A DNA stretch of 64,000 nt from NCBI GenBank assembly GCA_964016885.1, contig OZ024742.1, positions 115,878,001-115,942,000 of the forward strand, in the 5' to 3' direction. The first letter of the stretch is position 1. Each line of letters begins with the position of its first letter. Below are positions 25,660-39,353 of the stretch, in pieces. The notes under the pieces were generated by a model. That model was not told where the DNA came from. It saw only the letters and a list, made by a program, of their open reading frames with translations, and did no database searches. The position numbers and the translations under genes are program-made. Source of the stretch: Eledone cirrhosa (taxonomy: Eukaryota).

Positions 25660-28600
25660 ATTAATTATTTTATTGGCCACCAGGGTCGATATATAGGGAA
25701 TAATACAAAAGACAAGGACAGTGTGGTTTTATAATGAAATCGAGTAAACAATATAAAAACAAAAAAACAACACAAGATATATGAATAACAAAACAAACAT
25801 CCCAAACGTGAGGAAGACAAGCTTGAAGTGACTCAGATACACCACACAACCTGAACCACCCGACGCTCTGTGCGCAACGTGTAGGGCAACACTCTCCTCT
25901 CCAAATCACACAACTTAGATGTACATGATCAGAGAAGTCCCATTCACACGCAACATTTATCCATCTTTCAACAAATTTACCGTGGTTCAACCCTTTTTTC
26001 TCCACCCTAACCTTCCTTTCAATTGCACCTTGAAAAATATTTTTGGGGTATTGACCGAAGACAAATGTGTCTGTCTTCATTGCTTTCACCCTCGTCCACC
26101 ACACAAAAAAAATTGCGTGCCCTTCTCGGCCAAAAGAAGGCGACACAACGATACTCACGAAGGAGTCTGTCAATAGCAGGATCAGTGCCACACTTGATAA
26201 CACCTTTTCGATATATTCCCACAAGTAAGTAATGCACGGACACTGAACAAGAACGTGAAGAACGGTTGCGTCGCTCAGACCGCACTTCCAAGCTTGTAGA
26301 GTTTATGTCGAATCAGCCATGATCCTCGGTAGCATGGCAAATCAATGTATTCCTGGAAGTTATACATAGTCCCCACAGACAATGTCCTGGTCATTTCGAT
26401 TTTGTCGACATGCTAAGCATCTCCGAGTGTCGTCACACTTGCACACTACTAGTATCTTTAGAACTGTTGAAATTTCAACTGACTACATTTCCCGTTTGGA
26501 GGAGGCCAGTGAGTGCCTAGCAATATTCCAGAAACCAGGTGCCTTCTCTCCGGCTATACTTCATTCAGGACTGCAGCTCCATCAAAGAACCGAGCTGCGG
26601 AAAACCTGTCCCGCAAACAGCGGGCACACTTTTTCACCGTATAAGAATAATATGAAGGTGCGGTAACCTCAGCCCATGTTTACGAATCATAAGCCATACC
26701 ATTCTTAGCTCCCCGCGTAGAGGATGCAGGCAACTGATGGGCCGCCTCCCTAATAGGACATATCCCTTTCAGATGAATTTGAAGAGCAAGCTTTTATTGT
26801 GGTTCGAACAGAGGCGAGACACGAAGATCAGGAGGTACAGGATGACAGAGACGTTGTACTCGTTCGCCAGCTCCACCCGATCTTTCGTGGATATATTTCT
26901 CTCAGCTTACTACTGTCTGCAAATCACCACCCTGCTCGTTACTTCGACAAAGATCTTATCTCTTCGGATGTTTGGTCCGATCCAGATCCGTAGCAACTTC
27001 AACGATCCATACATCAAATGTTCAACGACGCTGATGAACGGCATAGATTTGCCTCTCCAGGTACGGAGATGCGAAGGCACAGATATTTCCGGATTCAATT
27101 TTGACCCCGTCAATCTTTCATATTCATTCAAGTTTGTGCCGAACACCTCGATTCCCAGGTGTTCGATACAATCAATCTCAATATGTCCGCATAAGCTGAA
27201 GCTTCCTTTCCATGTCTGGGTTGGAGTAGGATGCCTTGCAACAGGTCCATCTTCGGCAGTAAAGTCTCGAGAATCAATATGTACACAAGAGAGTAGAGAG
27301 GACACAATTGAAAGACCCATGCTACTGTACGTGGCAGCGATCCTGCTGCCCTGAGTACAGCCTCCATATATCGATGGTCGACCCGATTGGAAGCTTTCGA
27401 TTGATATAAAAGTATCATAGCCCCTCCAAATCTACGTTTACACACAATACTCTGATGTATCGCATGAGGTCGAGGTTTTTGTGCATGGACCTGGTCGGGC
27501 TTGCGCCACACCTACCAAGTCCGAAAAACACCAAGCTTTCCTTTAAAAACTTGGCCATAATCTTAAAATCTGTGTTTAGGAGATTTTCTTTTTTTAAGTG
27601 TCCCTTTTGTAGTTTTTCCTCATTACTTTTACTACACCAGGGCTCAAACAACTGAATAATCCCGTTCTGCTTCCAGTTGCAGTAGACCGCCCGAGGTGAT
27701 CGATAATAAGTCTGGCATGAATACGTAAATATTGTAGGTGAGATAATCCAAACACTGTGACTTGCGCCTCGTTCAACAAACCGGTGCATTCCGACTCCGC
27801 GCTGATGTTGTCGGCTTTTGACAGATGTCAGAATCGGCTGGCGAGAGTAGCGGGAGGCTGTCGAGTTAGGAACTGAAGTCCGTTACTGTCCCCGACCCCC
27901 GCTCCCCACGAAAGGCTGCACAAATATTTTTTGTGATTGAGCTGTTGGTAACAGTGCGGTGGTATTGGTGCTGTTTTGTGTGTATGAACATTTTCTGTTG
28001 TGTGTATGTGTGTGTATGTGTGTGTGGGTCCATGTGTGTGTATGTGTGTGTGTACATGTGTGTGTGTGTGTGCGTATGGAGTTTGACCTCTTTTGTAATT
28101 TTCTGAGTCGATGCTTCTGTATTTCTTTTTCTTTCTATTTTTTTTGCTCGTAGCAGTCCCTCGTCTTCGCTAAGAGAAGACAAAGTGTATGTGTCTGATT
28201 CGGATGTTTGTTTATGTTTGTCTCGATGTTTATGTGTTTATTGTTTGGAGCGGAGAAAAATTGGGAGAGCTTTCTTCGACTTCCCCTTCGATAGATTCTG
28301 CTGTTGGTTTAGTATAGCTCTTGCTGCTGCTGGTGTTGTTGCTTCTACGCTTGGCGGTTCCCTATTATTTTCAGCTAGGGGCAAACGAATGGCATATGTG
28401 TGGCTTCACAACAAACGAAGCAGTGCGGCCGTTTGCCTTCATTAATCACTTGTATATCACTCCCGTCCGGCATCTTAATGTGATCCGGGATATGTTTCAT
28501 ATCCTAGAGTATAATCTGGAGAAGAAGCTTCAAACCAGTAGTGGACCACCTTTCTGTGATTGTTAATTTCACATCAAGGAGGGTTTGAGGGCCTTCGGTC

Positions 28601-28990
28601 AACACGCAAACCCAGGAGCCACGATTGGTCTAATCCAGCGGTAAATCTCTGAACTAGGACACTTATTCTCTTCCTCCCTACGTAGCACGGGTACATATCT
28701 ATGGTCTGTAGGAAGGGTAAATCTTCGATGCCAATGCCTTCAGTTTTGAAAGCATCGAAATGGTCCCGAATTGTTTGGTATGTTTTATGTCCTATGCGTC
28801 AATCATGATGCACTTTAGTTTAAACTCCATTTGAGCTTGGGAAGCCGTTTCGGCTTATCGAGATTGCACCTAAATGTATCTATATTTTAGAGTTCTCCTC
28901 TCCGGGGTGTCTTGCCTTAGTTCATATTCCACCAAATTAGAAAGCCTGCTTTTCAACGTTTAGTGGGCAGGAGACGTTCTATTGTTGAGG
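25660..28990 (-). mobile_element. Tx1/L1-group LINE with ORF1 and ORF2 remnants
   Basis: ORF1 gag-type knuckle CFVCCEATHMPFVC (CX2CX4HX4C) at 28381-28422; RT remnants LLNTDFKIMAK and LLYQSKASNRVDH; homologous to 12437-15240; 3' end TGGCCAATAAA + ATT-rich tail. Confidence 0.82.
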
Positions 28991-29044
28991 CTGTCCTTAT
29001 CGTGGGTTATGATTCGCACGCATGCGCTGAAGCTACAAAATATT

Positions 29045-30095
29045 TAGATATTCGTAAACGGTGAACATTTGTGAGACAGGCCTTTCTACAGATCGTCTCT
29101 TTTACTGAGAGCAGTGCTTGGTCAAGAAGAGACCACGACTGATGGCCTGACATCTGGAATGTTGCCAGACGCTCACTGTCCTCTATCAGGCGAGCATTAT
29201 TGGCAGTGGAAATTCCACTCTTGATTTGTATAGAAGATTAATGATAGGCAAATGCGCCGAAAATCTCGGATATGCTCTGGGCGTCGACGAAGGCGAATTG
29301 GCCATTCTGTACCGGAGAAATTTCGAGCCGGAGACTATGGATAACATCCAGATACTCCTCGCTAGGGAGTACTACCAGGGGTGCACAGCCGGTTGGAGAT
29401 AACCCTACAAGCACAGAAAAACGGTCAGACGAATCTGCTCGAGTTGCGCGTACAGCGACGAAATGTTCTGCACACTCTCATCAATTCCCCGTGCGTTACT
29501 GACTTGCGGAGTATTTCGAACGGCTGTCGTCACGTGTGTCTATCGACGGAGACCATCGTATGTATCGCCCCGCCTCCTTGTTTTGGCCAGCAATTTTCCT
29601 CTTCCTGGCAGCTGTAGCGAAAGAGGTTGTGTGGTGTTCGCGGCTGAAAGGACTGAAAACAGAATTTGTTCTCGGTAGCGAATCGCTTGTAAGCGTTTTA
29701 AAGTTTTACTTGGAAAAAAATGTGAGGGTGATAATGGAAGTGCTTTCTCACCCCCTTTTTCCCCCGGAAATTTGCTAAAAGGTGGCTGAATGTAGTGCGG
29801 ATGGCCCCTGAAAATATGCCTACACTGGCTATGCGCCTGTAGGCTGGCTGCATTGTAGAACACTGAAGTGCCCTTCTCAGGTGCGCTAGAAGCGTTGGCT
29901 GGTTCAGCCTGGGTGGGGTTCATGAGACGCCCATTGCTTACCGTCTCCCTATTGGGGAATATTCATTGCTGCAACTCTCATGTATTTTTGTAATGTTATT
30001 GCTTTGTTTTTTGTTCTATATTGTTTACTTGATTTTATATTGAACTCTATATGTAGCCATCAGTGGCCAATTAAGAAATTATTATTTCTATTATT
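29045..30095 (+). mobile_element. 5'-truncated Tx1/L1-group LINE (3' ~1 kb)
   Basis: Matches the reverse complement of ~12440-13420 (CCTGACATCTGGAAT.TTGCCAG; AVAKEVVW.SRLKGL); ends GTGGCCAATTAAGAAATTATTATT. Confidence 0.8.
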
Positions 30096-30602
30096 ATCAT
30101 ATTTTCCTTTGATTTCACTTTTGTTCAATGACTACCGAGTATCAACCAAGTAAACAGAGCAGGCATTGTTGGTTTTCACAGTTTCGTTGGCTTTTCTTTT
30201 CTTTTTGTTCCGTCCTCACATTCACAATAGTTGATAGGTAAATATGTTTTAAAGAAATAAAGAGTAAGTATAAATAGGTAGGAGCAGGATGTGATAAAAA
30301 GAAGTATTACGGAGTATAGGAATTATGAAATCTTTTATATTCAGTATATTTGAATTGTATTATACATTGATTATATTTGCTCTAAAAATTGGTATACTGA
30401 AATACCATTACACCTTCACCCGGTGATTTTCTATCACCTATTCTGGATTCTGTTCATACCATGTCTCAGAGTTTGGGAAAACGCTCAATTTGCCCAAATG
30501 TCTGTGGGTCACTTTTCATATAATATCATGCCTACATCCTTCATAATTGTTATAATTATATGGGCCAAGAGCTTACACTCGGATACGATAAGAGCTAGAG
30601 TC

Positions 30603-30843
<241 letters not shown>

Positions 30844-30869
30844 CACATTTCCTACGAAGCGGACTAACT

Positions 30870-31840
30870 TGTTCTCTGTCTGCGTGATGTTTTAGCCACT
30901 TTGTTCTTAGGTCTTGTTCCTGTGAAGCCAGTAGCATTCCATCAGTAACTTTGTTGAGGGCCACCTTTTTATCCATACACATGTCAGCGGATCTCTGAAT
31001 TCTATTTTCTTAAAGAAGGTGTTATGAAGGTTTTTTCCATGAAGGTTTCTCTTCTGCCTTGTTGTTATTTCCTCCTTGGACAACCCCTGGCATATTGTCT
31101 TCGCCTTCAATACAACTGTGAGCATCGGCTCCCTAATTTCAATTACATATTTTTGTAGACCACTCTTCCCTTTCTGAACACAGTCCTATACGCTGATATG
31201 ACCTGTTCCGCCTTCAGATCTCTTTATGTAGAGTCTATCAACACCACGCCTCTTGTGGAATTTGTAGATAGTCATTAGCTTCCTAGTTTTTCTGTCCATT
31301 TTTTTTTGTTCAGTAACACTCCATTCCTTCACTCTACCTAATAATAAGCATAGCTCGGGAATTTACTGCAATTATGATATTCCTACTATTTAAATGTGAT
31401 TTAGTATGTTACTTACTCTCCTTATGAATTCAGATCTTATCAACTCCTTCATATTATTGTTCTTGATGTCATCTGCCTCCGGAACTCCCAAATTTCTGTA
31501 TCGGTCCGCAGTGTCAATTCCCTTTCTCATCTCACCCGTTGGTACCTGGATTCCGTTGCTTCTATTCAATTTACCTTTCTTCATCGCTAGGACTTATTAA
31601 CTCCAGATGCCATACATATATCATTTCTAAAAATAGGGACAGTGTTAACAAGCACATCCACCTCCGCCTCGCTTCTCCCAAAGAGTTTTACATCGAGAAG
31701 GAGATTGATAGTAAGTTCTCCTTTTCCCAGCTAGTATCCTGATTTCACTTTTCTCAATATGAGGGATAAGGTTATGAGGGTAAGGACAAACAACTCAGGC
31801 GAAAACCTATATCGTTGAAAGATACCTCTCTTGAATATCT
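30870..31840 (-). mobile_element. Decayed R4/Dong-clade RT fragment
   Basis: Minus strand KRGIFQ..FSPELFVLTLITLSLILRK..GY and KKGKL..SNGI..PTGE...YRNLGVPEADDIKN..MKELIRSEFIRRV..IL parallel the 48125 ORF. Confidence 0.8.
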
Positions 31841-31949
31841 CACTTTCGGCAGGCAGAATAGGGTATGAATAATGAAATATTATTTTTCATATGGAAGAAT
31901 TGAATTTGATTTGAGAAAGATACGGGAAATATATAAGTATGTCTTGATA

Positions 31950-32700
31950 TAACGAGGACAAATATGATAATGGATATATACGAGATGGAAGGGAAGAATA
32001 TAAAGGAATAACGTCTTCATTAAAGGAGAAATTGAAAACGCTATGATCATACTTGGGAAAAAGGTAAGATTTGTTTATGAAGAGATCTGAGTGAATATGG
32101 TGAAGGAAATCTGGTAAAAGCTAAAGAAGAAAGCTTAGAAGTCATCAGAAGATTATAAAATAAATCACTTACATGTGACATATTTAACAGCTTAGATGTA
32201 AATAGAAGCTGTTTATTAATAAGATGTAACTGGATAATCATTTCTGGTTGAGGTACAAGGCCAGAAAATCAAACAGATGTGGAATTGTATCGACCAAACT
32301 ACCTAACTTTCTTTGATGCAGAAAGTTTACCTCAGCAGGATTTAACATCAAATCAGAACTAAAGGCTGCAAAGAATTTTGCTTGATTCTTTAACGATACC
32401 CTGCAGAATGAAAGTTTAAGCTCATACACGCAACAAGTAAAATTCTAATTCCTGCCGTTATTTTCAAGCACGGTGGTAACCCCTTCACTTATCGTCCGGG
32501 TGCAATAACAAAAACAGCACTCTGAGGCAAAACCAAAGCTATTGTAAATATATCCAATGCTGCAGCAATGTAGATCCGGATTTCCCTCAGTATTCAGACA
32601 AATGAAGGCACTCATAGGAAAGAAATAAAATCCAACCGCGCTCAAAATATCCGTCGAGGTGTGTGCCATCTGTCATTCGTCACCTGCTTGATACATTTGT
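31950..32700 (+). mobile_element. Possible pogo/Tigger-type DDE transposase relic
   Basis: Weak, frameshifted echoes in the expected order: YGEG.., DIFN, KILI..F..H and LQQC-D-G (cf. LQPCDQG). No TIRs recognised. Confidence 0.3.
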
Positions 32701-32989
32701 GTGTTAATGCGGCTACATCTAGGCTCCTTCTCCTTATCTCATTCAGAGCAACATGTCGGGAGAAACGGCTTGCACTATGGTATGGTGAGATGATAGTGCG
32801 TGCAGACTGAACTCGCCGATGAAAGCTCGACAGCTACAATTACGAGGCTCATAAACGTAGAGGCCGTGGTTTTGGGTCTCTCCACTTCTAGTAAACTCGT
32901 CATCGCGAAGGGTACCACTTAATATAGAGGGCACCACATTGAATTACAGGCCGCTCTTTGGCAGCTAAGTGGTGCGGAGACAGCCGATG

Positions 32990-34725
32990 TGGTGTCATTC
33001 CAAACAAGACTCGATCTTCCCGAACGTAGACCTCCACTTTATATCTTCGCAGTTATGTTGGACATTTGTTTACTTGGTGACGGAGAGTGTTTCGCCGGTC
33101 CAGTAGACCACACTTCACTTACGTTTTTGAGCCACACCAGTTTCTCTCCTTTGCGGTGGACCTTTCTGATGAAAATGTGACTGGATAAGATTGAGGATAG
33201 ATAGGCTGGCTGTTCCATATTCGATGAAGATCGGACGCCAAGGCGACGGAACCTCATAAGAGCTCATCCCAGTTATTATCGACCTGGAGATCTGTTCCGA
33301 ACCAGATCCTGAATAACCTCACAGATCAGCCCGTCCTACATCCGATGTTGTTTCTGAACGGCATGGATTTGCCTCTCTAGATGCCATTGACTTTCCCGGT
33401 TTCAGTTTTTCTACCGTCAACATTTCCTATATCTAGAAAGATAAGGAGTGCGACGAGATAAAGAAATGGGTCGAGAGAAAGCTATCCATCAGTTATCGAA
33501 CGAGGGTTTCTAAGGGATACATCGAATCCGTCATATTTAACACATGATTGTCTTGTCTTTCCTCGATCCGCACCTCACTAAATTGAACGGGACTGCTCAT
33601 TAAATACATGTTAACGGGAAAGCTTCCTCTACTGAGGTCGTTTAGCTGCTACCAACACCCTCTACGTTGAATGATGGGCATGCCGTGACTGATGATGTAC
33701 AAACATCTGTTGAGCATACGGCAATTACATGTATTCATAAAAAGGTACCTGGTGTGGTCACCTATTGTGAGACGTCTTTCCGCAACTCATCAAGAAGTGA
33801 CCAAGACTGGGTGCCTGACATCTGGAATGTTGTCAGGTGCTCACAGAGTTCTACATGTCTGGCAATACATGTACTGTATATTCTACTTTAGCGTTCTATA
33901 GAGGAATTGCGGTGGGAAAATGTGACGAGTTCTCGGAAAATATCTGGGCATCGATGAAATCGAATTCACCAGGCTGTTTCCGGATAACTTTCGAGACGAG
34001 TATTATGGACAATACATAAATATATATATTGGCAGTCCTACCTTGGGGCGCGGAATGTTTGTGACAAACTCTAGAGGCACGGAAGTGCTGTCAGACGATC
34101 CTCTAGGATACTTGCAGCGTGCGATGAATCTGTCTCCGCGCACTTCGCCAGTGTCCGAGCTTTGCTGACTCGTGGAGTTTTGTTAAACAGCTATTATCGC
34201 GCGTAGGGCAGATCCGAATATTACCCGACACCACCGTGAATATCTTCCCGCCATCTTGTTTTGACCGGAAAAGGCATGTAGTTTCCTATGCTGTAGCGAA
34301 AGAGTCTGCCTTGTGGAAGCGGCTGAGAGGACTAAAGACATACACTTTCCTCTTCGACCAGGACCTCATCAAGTTGCAATTCGAAAGTAAGGTGAGGCTT
34401 GAGAGGGAATTGATGCTCCGTGTGCATTTGTTCAAAAGTGGGTGAATGTAGCGAAAATAGACCGAGTTGATGGGCCTATTCTGACCATACTATTGTAAGC
34501 TAGGAGATTTGGAGAGGAGCATCTTCCAATGGGGATCCTAAGTTACTTCCGGGTGGTTTTCCATCCCAATGGGGACTTAATTGTCAAAATGTAATTGTTT
34601 ATTATTATCTGTTTTATTTATTTATATGTTTTAAATTTTGTCATCTTTTTGTTAATCCCCACACTTCCTGTCTTTTGTATTGTCTTATCAGTTTCGGCCC
34701 TTCTGACCAATAAAGAACGCATAAT
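32990..34725 (+). mobile_element. Rearranged Tx1/L1-group LINE (confident 3' part 33750-34725; segment ~33260-33430 in opposite orientation)
   Basis: GACTGGGTGCCTGACATCTGGAATGTTG and AVAKESALWKRLRGLK match the other copies; 3' end TCGGCCCTTCTGACCAATAAAG; 33260-33430 matches 26940-27120 on the same strand. Confidence 0.7.
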
Positions 34726-34754
34726 TGGTATTACCTTTAGTGGTAGGGCCCTGA

Positions 34755-34960
34755 ATTGGCAGTATCGGTATAGAGTCGGACAACATGCTTTGCGGCATAT
34801 GGCTAGGCCCATTACATTGTGAGTTCAAATCACGCCGTGGTAAGCTTTTCCTTTCCTCCTTATGCGGTCGATAAATCGAAATATCAATAACACACTGGAC
34901 TCGATTTAATCGTCTCATACCTCCTCCAGCAATTGTTGTCCGTGTGCCTCAATCACAGAT
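34755..34960 (+). mobile_element. tRNA-derived SINE
   Basis: TTGGCAGTATCGGTATAGAGTCGGAC...GAGTTCAAATCACGCCG...GGTCGATAAA, homologous to the 5455 copy. Confidence 0.8.
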
Positions 34961-34963
34961 TGT

Positions 34964-34990
34964 TAGTAGTAGTAGTAGTAGTAGTAGTAA

Positions 34991-35025
<35 letters not shown>

Positions 35026-35026
35026 A

Positions 35027-35061
<35 letters not shown>

Positions 35062-35095
35062 ATAGTAGTAATGGTAGTAATGGTAATAGTAGTAG
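34964..35095. repeat. (TAG)n microsatellite
   Basis: Read directly. Confidence 0.95.
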
Positions 35096-36048
35096 TTGTT
35101 GTTGTTGCTCTTGTTGTAATTAGCATTATCATTTAACCTGCTACTAATATTACGAGTTACAGAGATAATCTAGACGTAACATCAAAATTATCATTAACAT
35201 AAATTATATTACTAATTTTATCTAAATTGGATAATTTGAACGAAAGTTAAATATTCTAAATATAACTTAATCAATAAACCCGTGGGGTTTTCTATACATT
35301 GTATAAAATCAATCCACATGGGGTAGATTTCAATATTTGCAGCGACCTGTTAGACTCCACTACCACTACGATGATAACCTAAATTTTAAATTGTAATTGA
35401 AATGATATGTACCGCAGACAAGATGTCTGCAATAAAATAATCAGTTGTACGGTTTTGCTGTGACAACTATTTTATAGCTATTTCTAAGATGAGAATCTAC
35501 TACGAATATCCTTCAATCACACTCTAGCAAGTTTTACATAAAGGAATGAGACACTGGATAACTTACTTTTCTAAATGCACTGAATTGAAGAAAGGCTAGA
35601 TACGGTTGACATACCTTTTGTTTATGGTTTTGCAAGTTCTGGATTTTGAGGCTAAACAATAACAACAATAACTGCGACCACCATAACAACAAGAAGTAAT
35701 TCTGGATCTACAACTTCAATATACTGTTTCAATATACTTTACTCTCGATGCATCTTTTCTGCATAAATTCTTACGGATTGTTGTATCATTGAATGAATCT
35801 TCTAAAATCAGTTAGTGATAATTTGCCATAACCTTACACTGTATACGTTATAACGTATTTCATTAGTTTTATGCAACGCTCACCCTGGCAGAATTGGTGG
35901 AAGGGAACGGAATTAAAAGTACTCGGTTTGATATTGTTTAAATTTTTACACGATAACGTGAGGAGTGAATCATTATTTATCAATGAGATTCCTATTTCTC
36001 TCTCTCCCCTGTCTCTTTCTCTCTCTCTCTCACTCTCTCTCTCTCTCA

Positions 36049-36112
<64 letters not shown>

Positions 36113-37599
36113 TATATATATATATATGTAGATAAATCTACCAAAATAAACGGTAGTGTCCAATCCGTATGAAGAACTCAATGTAATCCAAATATAGAAA
36201 ATATCATGAAAAGAGAAAATGCATTCAAAAATTAACGATAAAAAGCATAGGAAAACAGAGTCAAGATAAATTAATAAAAATAATGAAATAAAAACAAAGA
36301 ACAGGTTCCTTATACTGAAAAATTCATCATTTTACGATCGTTTCTGGGATATATATGTGTGTTGGTATGTATATCATGTTAAAGATCTATGTAAACAAAT
36401 ATTACAAATTATCGGAGGAGATATACATATCTTCATCTATACATGCAATCTTCAGAAATGATGAAGTATGTTTATTGAAAGAAACAAAGTATTAATATAA
36501 AAAGTCTATTTGGGAACGGGTAAATGAATGTGCATGTATATGTGTATACATATATATATGTGTGTGTGTAGGAGAGCATGGATTTGTATGTGTGCATGTT
36601 TGAATATGATTGTGTTTTTGTGTGTATTCTTTATACACTCATGTATCCATTCAGTGTAAGTAATTTACATACTTTACCCACTCACCTACTATCCGTCTAC
36701 TCATTTATTTACTCTCTACATTTTACATCACTCCATTCCTTCCATTAAATTAATGATTTATTTATTTATGCATTTCTATGTACCTATAACACCGCAGTTG
36801 ACATTTGTGTGCCTGTGTAAAAGCAGTATGCATACACATGATACATACACTTTATCACAGATTATCCACCCATATTTTTCCTAGCCAATTTATTAAGGAC
36901 GTGATCTGTCGATGTCAGTAAAGTTCGTACGTACTGATTCCATATGGCATCCAACTGATGCTATTCCACCAACCCAACGTTCGACGTAGGCTGCTGCTTC
37001 GTTTACCCAACTTTAAAGTGAAACATTTAAGTTTTATTAAGACGTGATTTTAACTCGGAATGCAATGGGCTGAAACGAATACGGCAAAGCACTTTATCCA
37101 ATACTCCAATGCTTGCCATTAAAAATGAGGAAATGTGTGCATACTTTCGCCATTGTTGAATTGTATCTATGTGAATACATGACGCTGTAAATATAAAACT
37201 CTCATCCAACACAAAGAAAATGTACATAAGATCTCTCACTCGAATCACATCTATTGTTCCACAAACATCAACCATTATAATGTATTTCAAGTAATCCAAT
37301 GAGCGAATCTCACCCAAATCAAAATGTATCTAAACAGAAGAAAGAAAGAGATGATGGATATATTTGTCTTGGAGTAATCCTCAACAGCGATTACGTAAAG
37401 ACTACTTAGTATAATCCGTGCTGCGCTGCTATAGCTGATTAAATAGACACAGTAATGTAAATGTCGTTGACTATTATTTTAATTATTTACCGATAGTCCT
37501 GGAGTTCTCCTCTTTTCAGAAAGGTGCATCTTCGGGGGGCGGAAACAATACGTTGCTGATCTCCCAAACCCTATCAAAATAGCAACCTCGGATGTACAC

Positions 37600-38970
37600 G
37601 AGGTACATTCTGGGAGTGGTGACTAATATTGCAGAGGCTGAGGGCACAAGAATGAATGAAAAGCTCAAACGTGGCAAGGCCGCTAGGGAAACTGATATCC
37701 GGCCCGAAATATTAAGAGCCTTATATAGAGAAGGTATCCTCTGGCTGAGCCGGGTGTGCCGGGTGACCTCAATCTCTAGAAAGGCACATAAGCAATGGCA
37801 ATCGGGAGTGATAATCCAAGGGAGACAAGAGAGGAGAGGGTTCCAATTACTGAGGGATCTCCTTGTATAGCCTCCCCGGTAAAGTCTATGCTAGGTGTCT
37901 GTCAAAGAGATGCAGGAATATTGTCAACTCCAAGCTAGCTGAAAGGAGTGCGGTTTTCGAACACGGTATGTTTTTAAGACATCATGTGAGTATTGTCAAG
38001 AGGTATATTTTTGTTTTGTCGACTTTGAAAATGCATACGACAATGTTCCTCGGGAGCTGTTGTGGATGGTTCTGCAGGAGCATGAGATGGATGATCAGCT
38101 TCTGTTGCTCTGATGTTTCTATACAAATTCCCGCGTAACCATTCAATGAAGGAGTTGGACTAAGTCAGCCAATGGTGCTTTCTACCATCTCTCCTGTTCA
38201 ATATTTACATGAACAGGTTTGACATGCGAAGCCCGATTGGAAATGGATCATGACTGGTGGGTGTAAAAGCAGACGGCTAGAATTTGCAGGCGACATGGTG
38301 TTACTTACATCGACAGAAGGTGATTTCCGACTTCAACATAATAGTAGTTGGAATGAAAATCGTTGCTGCAAAAACTGAGACGCACTTCATCTCAAAGACG
38401 CCTCCGCAAATCACTCTACATGTGAAAGGAGTTCCACTGAAGCATGTAATGAGCGTCAAGTGTATTGGGACCGTTTTCACGAGTGGTGGAAGACAAAATT
38501 CTGAATGAAGTGCAATAATTGCAGGAGCTGGTTCAGTAATGCTCCAACTCCAGCAGCCAGTAATCAGAAGAAAAGAGGTATGCGTAAAACTTAAACTCAA
38601 TATCTTCAATTCGATTGTTGTGCCAACCGTTATCTATGGTCATGAATCTTGTGTAATGATCGAGCGTATAAGATCGCAAATAGAAGCGGCTGAAATTTGG
38701 TTCCTCCGAAGGGTCTTTTGGAGTAACGTTACTCGATAGAGTGCTTGGATGGAATATCAGTGTGTCACTACAGGTAGAGACACTACTTCTCCGATTTGAG
38801 AGATCACAGCTCCGATACTATGGGTTAGAATGTCTCTGGAAAGAATCGCTGGACAGCTTTTATGGGCAAAACCAACTGACGGGAGACACAAGGGCAGATC
38901 CCGAGCAAGATGGTTGCTTCTGACAGGACCGACTGGATGGTGCATTTGAGGACTCTTCTCCCAACGACCC
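37600..38970 (+). mobile_element. RTE-clade LINE relic (RT and 3' region)
   Basis: LKRGKAA..DIRPEILRAL...GILWLSRVC, SLPGKVYARCL, GMKI..AKTE, KLNIFNSIVVPTVIYGHES.VM.ERIRSQIEAAEI.FLRRV and ERSQLRYYG; many frameshifts. Confidence 0.85.
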
Positions 38971-38994
38971 TACCAGGAATAAGCGGGCTAAGAA

Positions 38995-39260
38995 ATTGGT
39001 GGTTATTTTTTGCTTGATGGTTGTGTTGTTCGTGTTGTTGTAGATGTGTATGACTTTGCCTTTTTGTGTGTTTTGTGGAGCTGTTGGTGTGTGTGAAGAT
39101 GTACTTTTCTTTTTACGCTTTCGTGTTTGTTTCTTGAATTTTGCTTTCCTCCCTCATCTTCACTTGGAGATGAGGAGGAACTAGTGTCTGGGGAGTATTT
39201 GCCTGGGTAGAGTGGAAGCGTGTTCGTGTATGTGTGTGTGTGTGGTGATCTCTGTGTGTA
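38995..39260 (-). mobile_element. Short Tx1/L1-group fragment
   Basis: GTGTGTGAAGATGT...TTTTGCTTT..CC.TCATCTTCACTTGG.GATGAGGAGGAAC matches 15120-15215. Confidence 0.7.
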
Positions 39261-39311
39261 TGTTTAAAAGAAAATATTCCAGCAAAGTAACAGGTTAAAT
39301 GAACAATACTG

Positions 39312-39322
39312 AGAAGAAGAAG

Positions 39323-39351
<29 letters not shown>
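39312..39351. repeat. (GAA)n microsatellite
   Basis: Read directly. Confidence 0.95.

Positions 39352-39353
<2 letters not shown>

Noticed and set aside
26737-27354. 205-aa plus-strand ORF
   Set aside because: It is the antisense shadow of the Tx1 RT region.
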